Of a stretch of 64,000 nucleotides of DNA, positions 40,490-52,961 are shown in pieces. This DNA comes from Escherichia coli (lineage in GTDB: Bacteria > Pseudomonadota > Gammaproteobacteria > Enterobacterales > Enterobacteriaceae): the NCBI RefSeq assembly GCF_046105845.1, contig NZ_CP151004.1; one strand, 5' to 3'. Position 1 is the stretch's first letter. Each line of letters starts with the position of its first letter. The notes beneath the pieces were generated by a model, which was not told the DNA's origin, did no database searches, and worked only from the letters and a program-made list of their open reading frames with translations. The translations under genes were made by a program, and so were the position numbers.

Positions 40490-41482
40490 TTACTTCTGAG
40501 CTGCCAGCGCCTCATTCACCCAGCCATCGAACTGCTGCTGGTGGGCTTTGATCCAACCATCAACGTGGCCCTGAATATCGCCTTCTGAGGCTTTGCCGTC
40601 ATGCATAATGGCGTTCTGGGCGTTAATATCTGCCACTGGCAACTGCATAATGGCAAACAGTTTCGCTGCCGCCGGATTTTTCTCGGCCCAGGCTTTATTG
40701 GCAACGATATGCATGGTGCTGACCGGGAAGCCGTAATTCGCGCCATTCGGCAGTTTGGTATCGGCATTTTTATCGCCCGGCAGTGCGGAGAACGGCACCT
40801 GCAACCAGACCACATCTTTCCCCGGTTTCAGTTCGTTACTCACCCAGTACGGCGTCCAGGTGTAGTAAAACACCGGCTTACCCTCTTTGTAACGACTGAT
40901 GGTGTCAGCCATCATCGCTGCGTAGTTCCCCTGATTATGCGTCACGGTATTGGTCAGTCCATACGCGGCAAGCTGGTGGTTGATCGCACCTTCGCAGCCC
41001 CAGCCAGGGTTACAGCCGGTTAAATCCGCTTTACCGTCGCCGTTGGTATCGAACAGTTTGGCGATCTTCGGATCTTTCAGTTGCGCGATGTTGGTGATTT
41101 TGTACTGGTCGGCAGTTTTCTTATCGATCAGGTAACCCTGTGCCGCGCCGTTAACAAATACTCCTTCACGATAAAATTTCTTATCGCCACCGGCAGCTTC
41201 GTACATGTTGTCATGCAGTGGCGTCCAGTTCACTGCGGTGAAGGTTGCATCGCCGGAAGCAAGCGAGGTGTAGCCAACGTTGTAATCCACTTCGCTGGGT
41301 TTATTGACGGTATAACCTAATTTCTCCAGCGCGCGGCTGACCAGCAGCGTCTGGAAAGTTTCTTCGGTGATGGTGCTCTGAACCGGATTAACAGTAATGC
41401 CTTTGCCCGGCAGGTCGGCAGCAAAAGTTTGTGTAGAGATAAGCGTGGCAAACGCTGTCGCAAAAAGTACGCTATGTCGCAT
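40490..41482 (-). CDS. proX: Glycine betaine/proline ABC transporter periplasmic binding protein
   Basis: Start at [21 protein letters not shown] (signal peptide); ORF-track start 41524 judged an extension. Confidence 0.92.
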   Translation of the reverse strand: MRHSVLFATAFATLISTQTFAADLPGKGITVNPVQSTITEETFQTLLVSRALEKLGYTVNKPSEVDYNVGYTSLASGDATFTAVNWTPLHDNMYEAAGGDKKFYREGVFVNGAAQGYLIDKKTADQYKITNIAQLKDPKIAKLFDTNGDGKADLTGCNPGWGCEGAINHQLAAYGLTNTVTHNQGNYAAMMADTISRYKEGKPVFYYTWTPYWVSNELKPGKDVVWLQVPFSALPGDKNADTKLPNGANYGFPVSTMHIVANKAWAEKNPAAAKLFAIMQLPVADINAQNAIMHDGKASEGDIQGHVDGWIKAHQQQFDGWVNEALAAQK

Positions 41483-41539
41483 TGTTATTCCTTTTTTTGG
41501 CAGGGTGATAATGCCCGGCGTCACCGGGCAAGTGCAGAG

Positions 41540-42604
41540 TTACTTAATGAATGGGCGGGTCAGCAGACCGACAGGGCCAGTGGTGTACCAGCGACGGTTG
41601 CCGCGACTGCGTGAGTCGCGCCCAACGGCCTGCGTCAGGCGGTCGAGGATAATGGCGAGGATCACAATCCCGACGCCGCCAACGGTGGCAAGCCCCATAT
41701 CCAGACGACCGATACCGCGAAGTACCATCTGACCCAGCCCGCCGACGGCAATCATCGAGGCGATGACCACCATAGAAAGAGCCAGCATCAGCGTCTGGTT
41801 AACGCCCGCCATAATGGTCGGCATCGCCAACGGTAACTGAACTTTGAACAGCATCTGGCGCGGGCTGGCACCGAATGAGCGCGAGGCTTCAATCAGATCC
41901 GCCGGAACCTGATTAATTCCCAGAATAGTCAGACGGATAATCGGCGGCAGAGCAAAGATGATCGTCACCACCACGCCCGGCACGTTACCAATACCAAACA
42001 GCATGACGATTGGCACCAGATAAACAAACGCTGGCGTGGTCTGCATGGCATCAAGCAGTGGACGAATAATTTTCGCCGCTCGTGGACTTCTCGCCAGCCA
42101 GATCCCCAACGGCAAACCGATGACGATACAGAACAGCAGGGCGGTTAACACCAGCGCCAGAGTAACCATTGCCTGTGACCAGGCACCGATTGCGCCGATG
42201 GCAATCAGCGAAACCAGCGTCGCCACGCCCATTCCGACACCGGAAATTTGCCAGGCGATGAGAGCGAAAACGATAATCGCCACCGGCGCAGGCATACCCA
42301 GCAGCAATTGCTGGAAACCGTTGAGGATGTAATCAACCGGAACGCGCACGCCCTGGAAGACGGGACGGAAATGGGTAACGACCCAGTCGATCCCTTCAGT
42401 GACCCAACTGTCGAGTGGGATCAGCGTTTTATGGAACGGATCGAGAATATTAAAATGCTCGACGTTTGGCGCAGGCGTACTGGTCAGCCAGTCAGCACCA
42501 CCGCCGTCAGTCGGTGCAGTCGCCGGTGTACCCCAGGCGTCTGCGGATTGTGCGGCACTGTCCGCCGCTGGCGTTGTATCCCACGGATTATTTTGATCAG
42601 CCAT
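41540..42604 (-). CDS. proW: Glycine betaine/proline ABC transporter permease
   Basis: 354 aa membrane protein; overlaps proV end. Confidence 0.93.
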   Translation of the reverse strand: MADQNNPWDTTPAADSAAQSADAWGTPATAPTDGGGADWLTSTPAPNVEHFNILDPFHKTLIPLDSWVTEGIDWVVTHFRPVFQGVRVPVDYILNGFQQLLLGMPAPVAIIVFALIAWQISGVGMGVATLVSLIAIGAIGAWSQAMVTLALVLTALLFCIVIGLPLGIWLARSPRAAKIIRPLLDAMQTTPAFVYLVPIVMLFGIGNVPGVVVTIIFALPPIIRLTILGINQVPADLIEASRSFGASPRQMLFKVQLPLAMPTIMAGVNQTLMLALSMVVIASMIAVGGLGQMVLRGIGRLDMGLATVGGVGIVILAIILDRLTQAVGRDSRSRGNRRWYTTGPVGLLTRPFIK

Positions 42605-43799
42605 TATTTACCCCCTCACGATCTAAAGCGCGCAGCAGCATTCCTTTCGAAATGATGCCGACATACTGTTGGTCCTCGTCGACCACGGGCACCGCACAGG
42701 GGGCCTGTCCGACATGAGAGAGCAACTCGCTAAGAGGCGTTTGTGCATCGACCGCTAACGGCGCATCAATCAGCGCCGCATCAAGACCTTGCTGCTGCGT
42801 TAACGCGGTTTTAAGCGAATCGATAGACACTGCGCCGACAAACTTATTACCGCGTTCGATGACGTAGCCATATTCGCGATCTTCATCCTGCAATAATTTC
42901 AGTGCCGAACGCGGGCCGAAGCCGGGGGTTTTACGAATTAAGCCGTTCGGTGTCCGGCGAGCAATATCTTTCGCACTGAATACCTGACTAATATCGACGC
43001 CACGGAAGAAGGTACGGACATAATCATTCGCCGGATTATTGAGAATTTCATCCGGTGTGCCGACCTGTACCACTTCACCATTTTGCATAATGGCAATTCG
43101 GTCGCCAATACGCATGGCTTCATCGAGATCGTGGGAAATAAAGACAATGGTGCGCTGATGTTTCGCCTGTAATTTTACCAGCTCATCCTGCATCTCGGTG
43201 CGAATTAATGGATCGAGTGCCGAGAAGGCTTCGTCCATTAATAATATATCCGGATTAATCGCTAACGCGCGGGCTAATCCCACACGTTGACGCATCCCGC
43301 CAGAGAGTTCATCCGGGTAGCTGTGGGCATAATTTTCCAGCCCGACCTGACGCAGTGCATCAAGGGCTTTTTCACGGCGTTCTTCGGCATTAATTCCGGC
43401 CAGTTCCATACCGAACGCAGTATTGTCCAGCACGGTCATATGCGGCATTAAGGCAAAGGACTGGAAGACCATCGCAATCTTTTTTCTGCGCACCTCACGG
43501 AGTTCGGCGTCGGATATTTTGGCAATATCCACACCATCAATCAGCACTTGCCCGCGGGTGGGTTCAATCAGGCGATTGAGAAGGCGTACCATTGTGGATT
43601 TACCCGAACCGGATAATCCCATGATGACAAATATCTCGCCTTCTTCAATGGCCAGACTGGCGTCTTTTACGCCAAGCGATAGCCCAGTTTTTTCCAGAAT
43701 TTGTTCTTTTGAAAGTCCTTGTTCGATATATTTGAAAGCTCGTTGTGGATGCTCACCAAATATTTTATAAAGATTTTTAATTTCTAATTTAATTGCCAT
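42597..43799 (-). CDS. proV: Glycine betaine/proline ABC transporter ATPase
   Basis: Walker [13 protein letters not shown] signature LSGGMRQR, C-terminal CBS domains. Confidence 0.95.
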   Translation of the reverse strand: MAIKLEIKNLYKIFGEHPQRAFKYIEQGLSKEQILEKTGLSLGVKDASLAIEEGEIFVIMGLSGSGKSTMVRLLNRLIEPTRGQVLIDGVDIAKISDAELREVRRKKIAMVFQSFALMPHMTVLDNTAFGMELAGINAEERREKALDALRQVGLENYAHSYPDELSGGMRQRVGLARALAINPDILLMDEAFSALDPLIRTEMQDELVKLQAKHQRTIVFISHDLDEAMRIGDRIAIMQNGEVVQVGTPDEILNNPANDYVRTFFRGVDISQVFSAKDIARRTPNGLIRKTPGFGPRSALKLLQDEDREYGYVIERGNKFVGAVSIDSLKTALTQQQGLDAALIDAPLAVDAQTPLSELLSHVGQAPCAVPVVDEDQQYVGIISKGMLLRALDREGVNNG

Positions 43800-44154
43800 G
43801 CAATAGAAAGATTCCTGTTATTTGTTTATGTCGATACATTACCCAATGGAAATAGTCACTTTTTTCTACCCTAACATACTGAGAATTTGAGGCAACCCCT
43901 GACGGCAAATGTGGCATGAATATTGATGAGAGCAAATCGCCGGAATTTCCCGTGATATAAGGGCTGAGAGCGAATCGAGAAAAGTTGATATTTTTTGTCA
44001 AAGATAGCGAAAAAACGCCTGAATATTGTGGTTTCAGGCGAATAATGCAACAGAGTGTCAGTGTAGATCACCACAAAATATTTGCGTGATAAAAAGCTAT
44101 TTGGCGGGAATTATTTCCCTGCTGCGGGTAGTGATATTTTTGAAAATAACCCCC

Positions 44155-45123
<969 letters not shown>

Positions 45124-47268
45124 TTAAAGTGCACAGGAGACGCAGCCTTCAATTTCAGTGCCTTCCAGCGCCATCTGACGCAGGCGAATGTAGTAGAGCG
45201 TTTTGATACCCTTGCGCCAGGCGTAAATCTGCGCTTTGTTGATATCGCGAGTGGTGGCGGTATCGGGGAAAAACAGCGTCAGCGACAGCCCCTGATCGAC
45301 ATGGCGAGTCGCTTCGGCGTAGGTGTCGATGATCTTTTCTGCGCCGATTTCGTAAGCGTCCTGATACAGCGCCAGATTCTCGTTAGTCATAAACGGGGCA
45401 GGGTAGTAAACGCGTCCTGTTTTGCCCTCTTTGCGTATCTCTACTTTCGCCACAATCGGATGAATACTCGACGTGGCATGGTTGATATAAGAGATGGAAC
45501 CGGTTGGCGGCACCGCCTGGAGATTCTGGTTGTAAATGCCGTAGCGCATCACGTCGTCGCGCAGCTGCGCCCACATCTCACGGGTAGGTAACGTAATACC
45601 GCTACGGGTAAACAGTTCGCCAACTTTCGCCGTTTTCGGCTGCCAATTCCCTTGCAGATATTGGCTAAAATATTCACCACTGGCATAGCGTGACTGTTTG
45701 AACCCGGCGAAGGTTTCACCGCGTTCGCGCGCCAGCAACATCGAGGTACGCAGTGCGTGCCAGGTGATGGTATAGAAATAGAGATTGGTGAAATCCAGTG
45801 CTTCCGGCGACCCATAAGCGATGCCTTCTCGCGCCAGATAACCGTGTAAATTCATCTGCCCCAGACCGATGGCGTGTGAGGCGGCATTTCCGGCTTCGAT
45901 GGACGGCACGCTGCGGATATGACTCATATCTGACACCGCCGTTAAACCGCGCACGGCAGTCTCTACCGTGCGGGCAAAGTCGGGGGAATCCATGGTGTGG
46001 GCAATATTCAACGAACCTAAATTGCAGGAAATATCATGGCCTGTGCGGGCATAGTCGAGATTCTCGTCATACTCTGAGGCGCTGTTAACCTGCAAAATTT
46101 CTGAGCAGAGATTGCTCATATTTATGCGCCCGGCGATAGGGTTAGCACGGTTAACCGTGTCTTCATACATGATGTAGGGATAGCCGGACTCAAACTGGAT
46201 TTCTGCCAGTCGCTGGAAGAAATCACGGGCGTTGATGTATTTTTTGCGGATGCGTTCATCGGCTACCAGTTCGGCATAGTGTTCGCTGATGGCGATATCG
46301 GCAAACGGCTTGCCATAAACCCGCTCAACGTCATAGGGCGAAAACAGCGCCATCTGCGCATTCTCTTTTGCCAGATGGAAAGTGATATCCGGGATCACCA
46401 CGCCCAGCGACAGTGTTTTAATGCGGATTTTTTCGTCGGCATTTTCCCGCTTTGTATCGAGAAAACGCAGAATATCGGGATGATGAGCATGTAAATAGAC
46501 TGCGCCAGCACCCTGACGCGCGCCGAGTTGGTTGGCATAGGAAAATGCGTCTTCCAGCATTTTCATCACCGGAATCACGCCAGATGATTGATTTTCAATA
46601 CGTTTAATTGGCGCGCCCGCTTCCCGCAGATTCGACAGCAAAAATGCCACGCCGCCGCCGCGTTTCGACAGTTGCAGTGCGGAATTTACTGCCCGGCCAA
46701 TCGACTCCATATTGTCTTCAATACGCAGCAGAAAACAGGAAACCAGTTCGCCGCGCTGCTGCTTACCGCAGTTGAGGAATGTTGGCGTGGCTGGCTGAAA
46801 GCGTCCTGACAGCATCTCATCAGTGAGCTGCGTCGCCAGTGTTTCATCGCCTTGTGCCAGCGTCAGCGCCACCATCGTGACGCGATCGGCAAAATCTTCC
46901 AGATAACGCTTACCGTCGAATGTCTTCAACGTATAGCTGGTGTAAAACTTCCATGCTCCGAGGAATGTCTGGAAACGAAAACCGCTGGCGTGCGCGTGGG
47001 CAAACAGCGTAATGACAAAATCGCGAGAGTAGCGATTAAGGACGCTTTCATCATAGTAACCTTCGTTAACCAGCCAGTTCAGGCGCTGCTGCTGGCTACT
47101 GAAGGCCACACTGTTCGGACGCACATGTGTCGCCATAAAGGCGTCAACGGCCTGGCTGTCTTTATCGAACTGAATGCGACCTGCGCTATCGTAAAGGTTA
47201 AGCATCGCATTCAGCGCGTGGTAATCCATCGTTTCCTGCGTCAGGCGTTCTGCGGTTGTCGTTGCCAA
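45124..47268 (-). CDS. nrdE: Class Ib ribonucleotide reductase alpha subunit
   Basis: 714 aa; C-terminal CxxC (EGCVSCAL). Confidence 0.95.
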
Positions 47269-47651
47269 AATTCGGTTACTCCTTTACGAACGTTTTCGAT
47301 ATCGCTTTGCGTACCCATGAGTTCAAAGCGGTACAGCCACGGCACGCCGCATTTCCGGGCTATCACATCTCCGGCGCGGCCATACGCCTCACCAAAGTTG
47401 CGATTACCCGAAGCAATAACGCCGCGCAGCAACGCCCGGTTGTGCTCGTCGTTTAAAAAGCGAATGACCTGTCGTGGCACTGCGCCAGCTGTACCGCCGC
47501 CGCCGTAAGAGGGCACGATCAGGATGTAAGGCTCGTCTACCTGAATCCGTTCCCGCTCATTGAGCGGGATGCGCACCGCGGGCAGTCCTAAACGTTCGAT
47601 AAAACGCTGCGTATTTTCGGAGCTGCTGGAAAAGTAGACGAGTTGGCTCAT
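47241..47651 (-). CDS. nrdI: Flavodoxin-like NrdI
   Basis: 136 aa, [14 protein letters not shown] flavodoxin-like start. Confidence 0.92.
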
Positions 47652-47893
47652 GCACTGGCCGCGTGTGGCGCTGGATGCAGACGATTGATCATGTCCGGGC
47701 GGAAACCAGACCAGCTAAGATCGCCAGCAATCACTACCGGCAACTGACGAAAGCCCTGAGCACGCAGCGCTTCCGCCGCTTCAGGAACGCGATCGACATT
47801 AATCATTTCAAAATCAAAGCCCCGGTTTTCCATCGCCCGTTTGGTGGCGTGGCACTGAACGCAATCGTTACGAGTGTAAATAGTAATGCGCAT
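47648..47893 (-). CDS. nrdH: Glutaredoxin-like NrdH
   Basis: 81 aa with CVQC redox motif. Confidence 0.93.
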
Positions 47894-48079
47894 GATTCGT
47901 ATTTCCGTTTAAAATGAAGATACGGCGCGATGATACGCGTCGGGTTGTCTCTCTGTTGATACAGAGATACTAGATGTAGTTGAAAAAAGATTCAACCACA
48001 CAATATATAGCAAATAGTGGTCGAAATTACCCTGGGTATGAGCGTGACGGGGTAGGGGGATTTTTGTGATTCACCAGGC

Positions 48080-48110
48080 AAAAAGAAACCCCGAAGCCAG
48101 GCTTCGGGGT
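48080..48110 (-). terminator. Intrinsic terminator of ygaM
   Basis: Minus strand: accccgaagc-ctg-gcttcggggt hairpin followed by ttctttt. Confidence 0.7.
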
Positions 48111-48140
48111 CAAAAACGCGTATTTATTATCATTATTGCA

Positions 48141-48470
48141 CTACGATTTGCGCATGCTTAACAGTGCGCCGATAAAAATACCAACCGCAGCTGCTGTACC
48201 CACGCTACACCAGGGTCTTTCACGAACAAAAGAATCCGCGCAGCCAACGGCATCGCGCGCGGCTTGCTGGACGCGAGTACGACCATGCATTCGCGCTCTG
48301 GTTTCTTTCAGTAGAGCCTGCGCTTTACTACGAGCGGCTTCGGCTTCCCCTTTGGCGTCGCTGCCCCAGGACTTCAATACAGATTCGAGGCTGTCAGCTA
48401 ATTGATTGACATCATTCTGGATATCCTGCACGCCATCATCGACGTCGTTGCGGTTCGGTCGGTTAAACAT
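48141..48470 (-). CDS. ygaM: ElaB/YqjD-family ribosome-associated inner membrane protein
   Basis: Start at MFNRPNRNDVDD; C-terminal TM anchor. Confidence 0.85.
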   Translation of the reverse strand: MFNRPNRNDVDDGVQDIQNDVNQLADSLESVLKSWGSDAKGEAEAARSKAQALLKETRARMHGRTRVQQAARDAVGCADSFVRERPWCSVGTAAAVGIFIGALLSMRKS

Positions 48471-48621
48471 ATGATCCCCCATTAGAATTCGATGTAATTT
48501 TCAGTGTAGACCATAATTTTCTTAACTGAGGTTCATCGCGGCTTTATGGACTTTTCTGAAAGCGTTGTGAATGCGCAATCAGGTAAGGTAGGCCCGCGGT
48601 TGATAATAACGAGGATCAAAT

Positions 48622-48966
48622 ATGTATTTACGACCAGACGAGGTGGCGCGCGTACTTGAAAAAGTCGGTTTTACTGTCGATGTGGTAACCCAGAAAGCTT
48701 ATGGTTACCGCCGTGGGGAAAATTATGTCTATGTTAATCGCGAAGCGCGAATGGGACGTACCGCCCTGGTGATTCATCCAACATTAAAAGAACGTAGTTC
48801 AACACTGGCTGAACCCGCTTCCGATATTAAAACTTGCGATCATTACCAGCAATTTCCGCTCTATTTAGCGGGTGAACGTCATGAGCATTACGGTATCCCG
48901 CATGGCTTTAGTTCGCGTGTTGCGCTTGAACGTTATTTGAATGGTTTATTTGGCGAAGCCAGTTAA
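48622..48966 (+). CDS. ygaC: Uncharacterised protein YgaC
   Basis: 114 aa ORF with SD, conserved position. Confidence 0.8.
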
Positions 48967-49002
48967 AGACGCGACTGGCGATGCCAGTCGCGAAAAGAAG
49001 GG

Positions 49003-49452
49003 TCAGGCTTTTACCTGCTGGTAACGGCTGACTTTAAACAGTCGGCGGCAATAATCGAGGAAGTAGCCATAAACCGCCCCCATCAACATCGAAACAACGA
49101 TGTTTGAACTGACCGCCGCCATAATCTGATGCCAGTCTGCGCCCACCACTAACAAGATCGCCACATACACCGGTGACTGGAACGTCACATACGCCAGGAT
49201 ATCCGCCAGATTTTTTATCCAGCCCGACGGGCTAACTTTGCGTGCTGCGCGCATAAACAGATCGCGGTACATACCGTATGGCCATGCAATTAAGATGTTC
49301 ACCGGAATCGCTACCAATCTGGAATAAAAAGACTGTTCGAAGCTCATTCCGGAGAGGAAAACTTCAATACACATGTTCACGACAGAACAGTAAACAACCA
49401 TCGCGAACGTATCTGCAACTGCATGACGCAAGCGTGACTGCGGTGAGAACAT
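49003..49452 (-). CDS. alaE: L-alanine exporter
   Basis: Start at [10 protein letters not shown] (149 aa); ORF-track start 49563 judged an extension. Confidence 0.85.
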   Translation of the reverse strand: MFSPQSRLRHAVADTFAMVVYCSVVNMCIEVFLSGMSFEQSFYSRLVAIPVNILIAWPYGMYRDLFMRAARKVSPSGWIKNLADILAYVTFQSPVYVAILLVVGADWHQIMAAVSSNIVVSMLMGAVYGYFLDYCRRLFKVSRYQQVKA

Positions 49453-50119
49453 GCTAATGCTCCTTAATAAAAGCGTAATGGGATGTGAATGGAGATGAAA
49501 GCAGTGGATCTCATTGCCATCTGCATTTTCGCATAGCGTATATCGCTGGCTATGACTAATCAATTAGTGAAAAATTTTTATTTAAACTGTTTTTGTAGAT
49601 AAAATATTCCGTAACGGCGCGTTTTTTGTACATTGTGGATTTTTACATGCCGATATGGTTTATTTTCAATTGAATCAATTAGATATGATCCTGCCTTTAA
49701 TTACACTAATGAAAGTTTGGGGGTGAGATAACGCTATAAGCGTAGAGAATTCGGTGTATGTCGTGACCGGGTCATTTTCAGCATTTTTTATGCCAGAAAA
49801 TGTACATTGACAGCAGAAAGCACCAGTGAGGGGTGTTTCCATTTATTCGGTTAAATTGCATTTTTATTCATTTTTGTTTTGTCAGGCTTGCGGAATTAGC
49901 GAGCAGAGAGCGCCGCTCTGCTCACAAATAACCTAAATTACTCATCAAAATGGCTAATATATAATCTTGAAATTATTCTGAGAGTTTCAGAAAATAACAG
50001 CTGAAATAATCTCGCGCAGGACTGTAAATAGATTAAATTTTGTGGAAATATAATAAGTGATCGCTTACACTACGCGACGAAATACTTTTTTGTTTTGGCG
50101 TTAAAAGGTTTTCTTTATT

Positions 50120-50524
50120 ATGTCCGTAATGTTACAAAGTTTAAATAACATTCGCACCCTCCGTGCGATGGCTCGCGAATTCTCCATTGACGTTCTTGAA
50201 GAAATGCTCGAAAAATTCAGGGTTGTCACTAAAGAAAGACGTGAAGAAGAAGAACAGCAGCAGCGTGAACTGGCAGAGCGCCAGGAAAAAATTAGTACCT
50301 GGCTGGAGCTGATGAAAGCTGACGGAATTAACCCGGAAGAGTTATTGGGTAATAGCTCTGCTGCTGCACCACGCGCTGGTAAAAAACGCCAGCCGCGTCC
50401 GGCGAAATATAAATTCACCGATGTTAACGGTGAAACTAAAACCTGGACCGGTCAGGGCCGTACACCGAAGCCAATCGCTCAGGCGCTGGCAGAAGGTAAA
50501 TCTCTCGACGATTTCCTGATCTAA
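50120..50524 (+). CDS. stpA: H-NS paralogue StpA
   Basis: 134 aa [21 protein letters not shown]...; preceded by about 560 bp of AT-rich DNA. Confidence 0.95.
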   Translation: MSVMLQSLNNIRTLRAMAREFSIDVLEEMLEKFRVVTKERREEEEQQQRELAERQEKISTWLELMKADGINPEELLGNSSAAAPRAGKKRQPRPAKYKFTDVNGETKTWTGQGRTPKPIAQALAEGKSLDDFLI

Positions 50525-50570
50525 TTACTGAGGCCGGATGTCGCTGCTATGGCGCGTCCGGCGTCGCTTC

Positions 50571-51095
50571 TCAAGCTCGTTGGTTCCAAGGCATCTTATC
50601 TAACAACCTTGCCATCCCACAAAAACCGCTAATTCCTGCAAACAGTAACCCGGCACCAACAAAGCCGCTTAATAAGAAGAAACCGCTATTTACGGTATAA
50701 CCCAGTACAACGCCGATTAATATTAAACCACCTGCGGCGATCTGCACCTGGCGCATTAACGGCAAGGGTTGAGATTTATTTACCGCTACTGGCAATCCTG
50801 CTTTTTTCCAGCCATCAATCCCATCTTCGAGTAAAAAGATTTCTGCGGGGGCGGCAATCGCTGCTAATTTATCGGCGTTATTACTGGTGCGTTTACCTGC
50901 CTGGCAGTGGAATATAATTTGCTCGCGACGTAATTTAGGCGGAAGACCTGACTGTTCGAGCACGGATAATGGAGCCAGATCTGCTTCAGGAATATGTTCA
51001 CGAAGATATTCATCAGCGTCACGAATATCGATTAACTTTGCGCCGCGTGCGATTAATTCTTGTGCATCATGCGGCGAAATGGTTGTCAAAGCCAT
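50571..51095 (-). CDS. ygaP: Rhodanese-domain inner membrane protein
   Basis: 174 aa; rhodanese active-site Cys (HCQAGKR) and C-terminal TM segments. Confidence 0.88.
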   Translation of the reverse strand: MALTTISPHDAQELIARGAKLIDIRDADEYLREHIPEADLAPLSVLEQSGLPPKLRREQIIFHCQAGKRTSNNADKLAAIAAPAEIFLLEDGIDGWKKAGLPVAVNKSQPLPLMRQVQIAAGGLILIGVVLGYTVNSGFFLLSGFVGAGLLFAGISGFCGMARLLDKMPWNQRA

Positions 51096-51104
51096 AGTGA
51101 CTCC

Positions 51105-51404
51105 TTACGGACAATAGACATTTTTCAGGGTGGCGATAATGGCATTTACCGCCTCATTTTTAATGGAATATAGAATGCGTTGGGCATCCCGTTGGCTGTC
51201 GATAAGCCCTTCGTCCCGCATACGGGCGAGATGCTGTGATGTCGCAGAGGCACTCAGTCCGGTAATGCGCGTCAGCTCTCCCGCACTGGTGCCGGGGGAA
51301 CCGCTAAGCATGCACAGAATCAGCAACCGTTTAGGGTGGCTCATTGCTTTCAATAAGGCCGCTGCCTGTTCGGCACTAGCCTGTAATTGCGCGAGTTCAG
51401 TCAT
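51105..51404 (-). CDS. ygaV: ArsR/SmtB-family transcriptional regulator
   Basis: 99 aa with ArsR HTH. Confidence 0.88.
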   Translation of the reverse strand: MTELAQLQASAEQAAALLKAMSHPKRLLILCMLSGSPGTSAGELTRITGLSASATSQHLARMRDEGLIDSQRDAQRILYSIKNEAVNAIIATLKNVYCP

Positions 51405-51586
51405 AGTTATTTAAGCATTTTCTAAATTAAGCAAACTCTAAACTAAAAATATAATATATGCCAGCATCAGCAGCGTAAATGAGAGTAAAAGCGTAAGCTG
51501 AAACTGGCAGGCTCCGCTAAAATTACTACGCTTAAGAGATAAAATCTCTTTTTAAACAATGAGTAATTTTCTTATAGGGAGTACAT

Positions 51587-51745
51587 ATGGGTTTCTGGAG
51601 AATCGTCATCACCATCATTCTGCCGCCGCTCGGCGTGCTGCTCGGTAAAGGGTTCGGTTGGGCGTTCATTATTAATATTCTGCTGACACTGCTTGGGTAT
51701 ATCCCCGGTTTGATTCACGCTTTCTGGGTGCAAACCCGCGATTAA
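51587..51745 (+). CDS. yqaE: Pmp3/UPF0057-family small membrane protein (52 aa)
   Basis: Translates to MGFWRIVITIILPPLGVLLGKGFGWAFIINILLTLLGYIPGLIHAFWVQTRD; SD gggag upstream; below the ORF-track size cut-off. Confidence 0.85.
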   Translation: MGFWRIVITIILPPLGVLLGKGFGWAFIINILLTLLGYIPGLIHAFWVQTRD

Positions 51746-51828
51746 ACCTGTCCTCACCCCCGCGGCGTTAACGCGCCGCGTTCCTCTGCTACACTCTCTG
51801 AGTGTTTCCGTTAACGAATGAGGTAGCT

Positions 51829-52278
51829 ATGGGTCTGTTCAATTTTGTGAAAGATGCCGGAGAAAAACTCTGGGACGCGGTTACAGGTCAGCACGATAAA
51901 GACGATCAGGCGAAGAAGGTGCAGGAGCATCTGAACAAAACCGGTATACCTGATGCCGATAAAGTGAATATTCAAATTGCCGACGGCAAAGCGACGGTCA
52001 CGGGTGATGGCCTGAGTCAGGAGGCGAAGGAGAAAATCCTTGTTGCGGTGGGGAATATTTCCGGTATTGCCAGTGTCGATGATCAGGTGAAAACGGCGAC
52101 ACCAGCCGCTGCCAGCCAGTTTTATACCGTTAAGTCTGGCGACACTCTGAGTGCCATTTCCAAACAGGTCTACGGTAACGCCAATCTGTACAATAAAATC
52201 TTCGAAGCGAATAAACCGATGTTAAAAAGCCCGGATAAAATTTACCCGGGGCAAGTGTTGCGTATTCCTGAAGAGTAG
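51829..52278 (+). CDS. kbp: Potassium-binding protein with BON and LysM domains
   Basis: Start at [14 protein letters not shown]; C-terminal LysM ([31 protein letters not shown]). Confidence 0.9.
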   Translation: MGLFNFVKDAGEKLWDAVTGQHDKDDQAKKVQEHLNKTGIPDADKVNIQIADGKATVTGDGLSQEAKEKILVAVGNISGIASVDDQVKTATPAAASQFYTVKSGDTLSAISKQVYGNANLYNKIFEANKPMLKSPDKIYPGQVLRIPEE

Positions 52279-52941
52279 TTAATTGCCAGCCATTGCCTGC
52301 TGGATAATGGGAATTGGCGTCAGTAAATGCTGGCGCATTAACTCACTGGCGCGCGCGGTATCTCGCGCCAGTACCGCCGCAGTCAGGGTCTGGTGCTGAT
52401 CGCGTTTATCTTCCAGCATTTCCACCGAAAGCACTGTTCGCCGCAGCCAGATAAATCGATAGCGCGCCGCCAGATCAAACAACCGTTCACGCATTTGCAG
52501 CAAATAGTGAGAACCACAGCCCGCCACAATTGCAGTATGAAACGCCTGATGACGCAGATCCCACTCATCAAGCATTTTCTCACTGGCGTCACAGGCCTCC
52601 AGCTTACTGAGCAGATGCGCTTTTGCGAGAACGTCTGCCTCCCATTCATCGCCACCGCGGGCAATCGCCAGACTGACCAGCATCGCTTCCATATTGGCGC
52701 GGGCGTCGAAAATATCGAGCAGCTCCTGCTCTGACATAGACGCCACCCGATACCCTTTTTGATTCACCACCGTGACCAGCCGTTCCGCCACCAGTTGCGA
52801 AAGCGCTTCCCGCAACGGCCCAACGCCAAGTGCATAACGCGATGTCAGCAAACTCATCCGTAATTTTTCATCCGGTTGAAAGTTTCCGCGAATAATATCG
52901 TTCTTCAGCCAGCGATAGCCATCCAGAGACGTAATGGTCAT
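52279..52941 (-). CDS. csiR: GntR-family regulator of the csiD-gab operon
   Basis: Start at MTITSLDGYRWL; GntR/FadR-type architecture. Confidence 0.88.
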   Translation of the reverse strand: MTITSLDGYRWLKNDIIRGNFQPDEKLRMSLLTSRYALGVGPLREALSQLVAERLVTVVNQKGYRVASMSEQELLDIFDARANMEAMLVSLAIARGGDEWEADVLAKAHLLSKLEACDASEKMLDEWDLRHQAFHTAIVAGCGSHYLLQMRERLFDLAARYRFIWLRRTVLSVEMLEDKRDQHQTLTAAVLARDTARASELMRQHLLTPIPIIQQAMAGN

Positions 52942-52961
52942 GGTGTGACTCCTGATCATTA

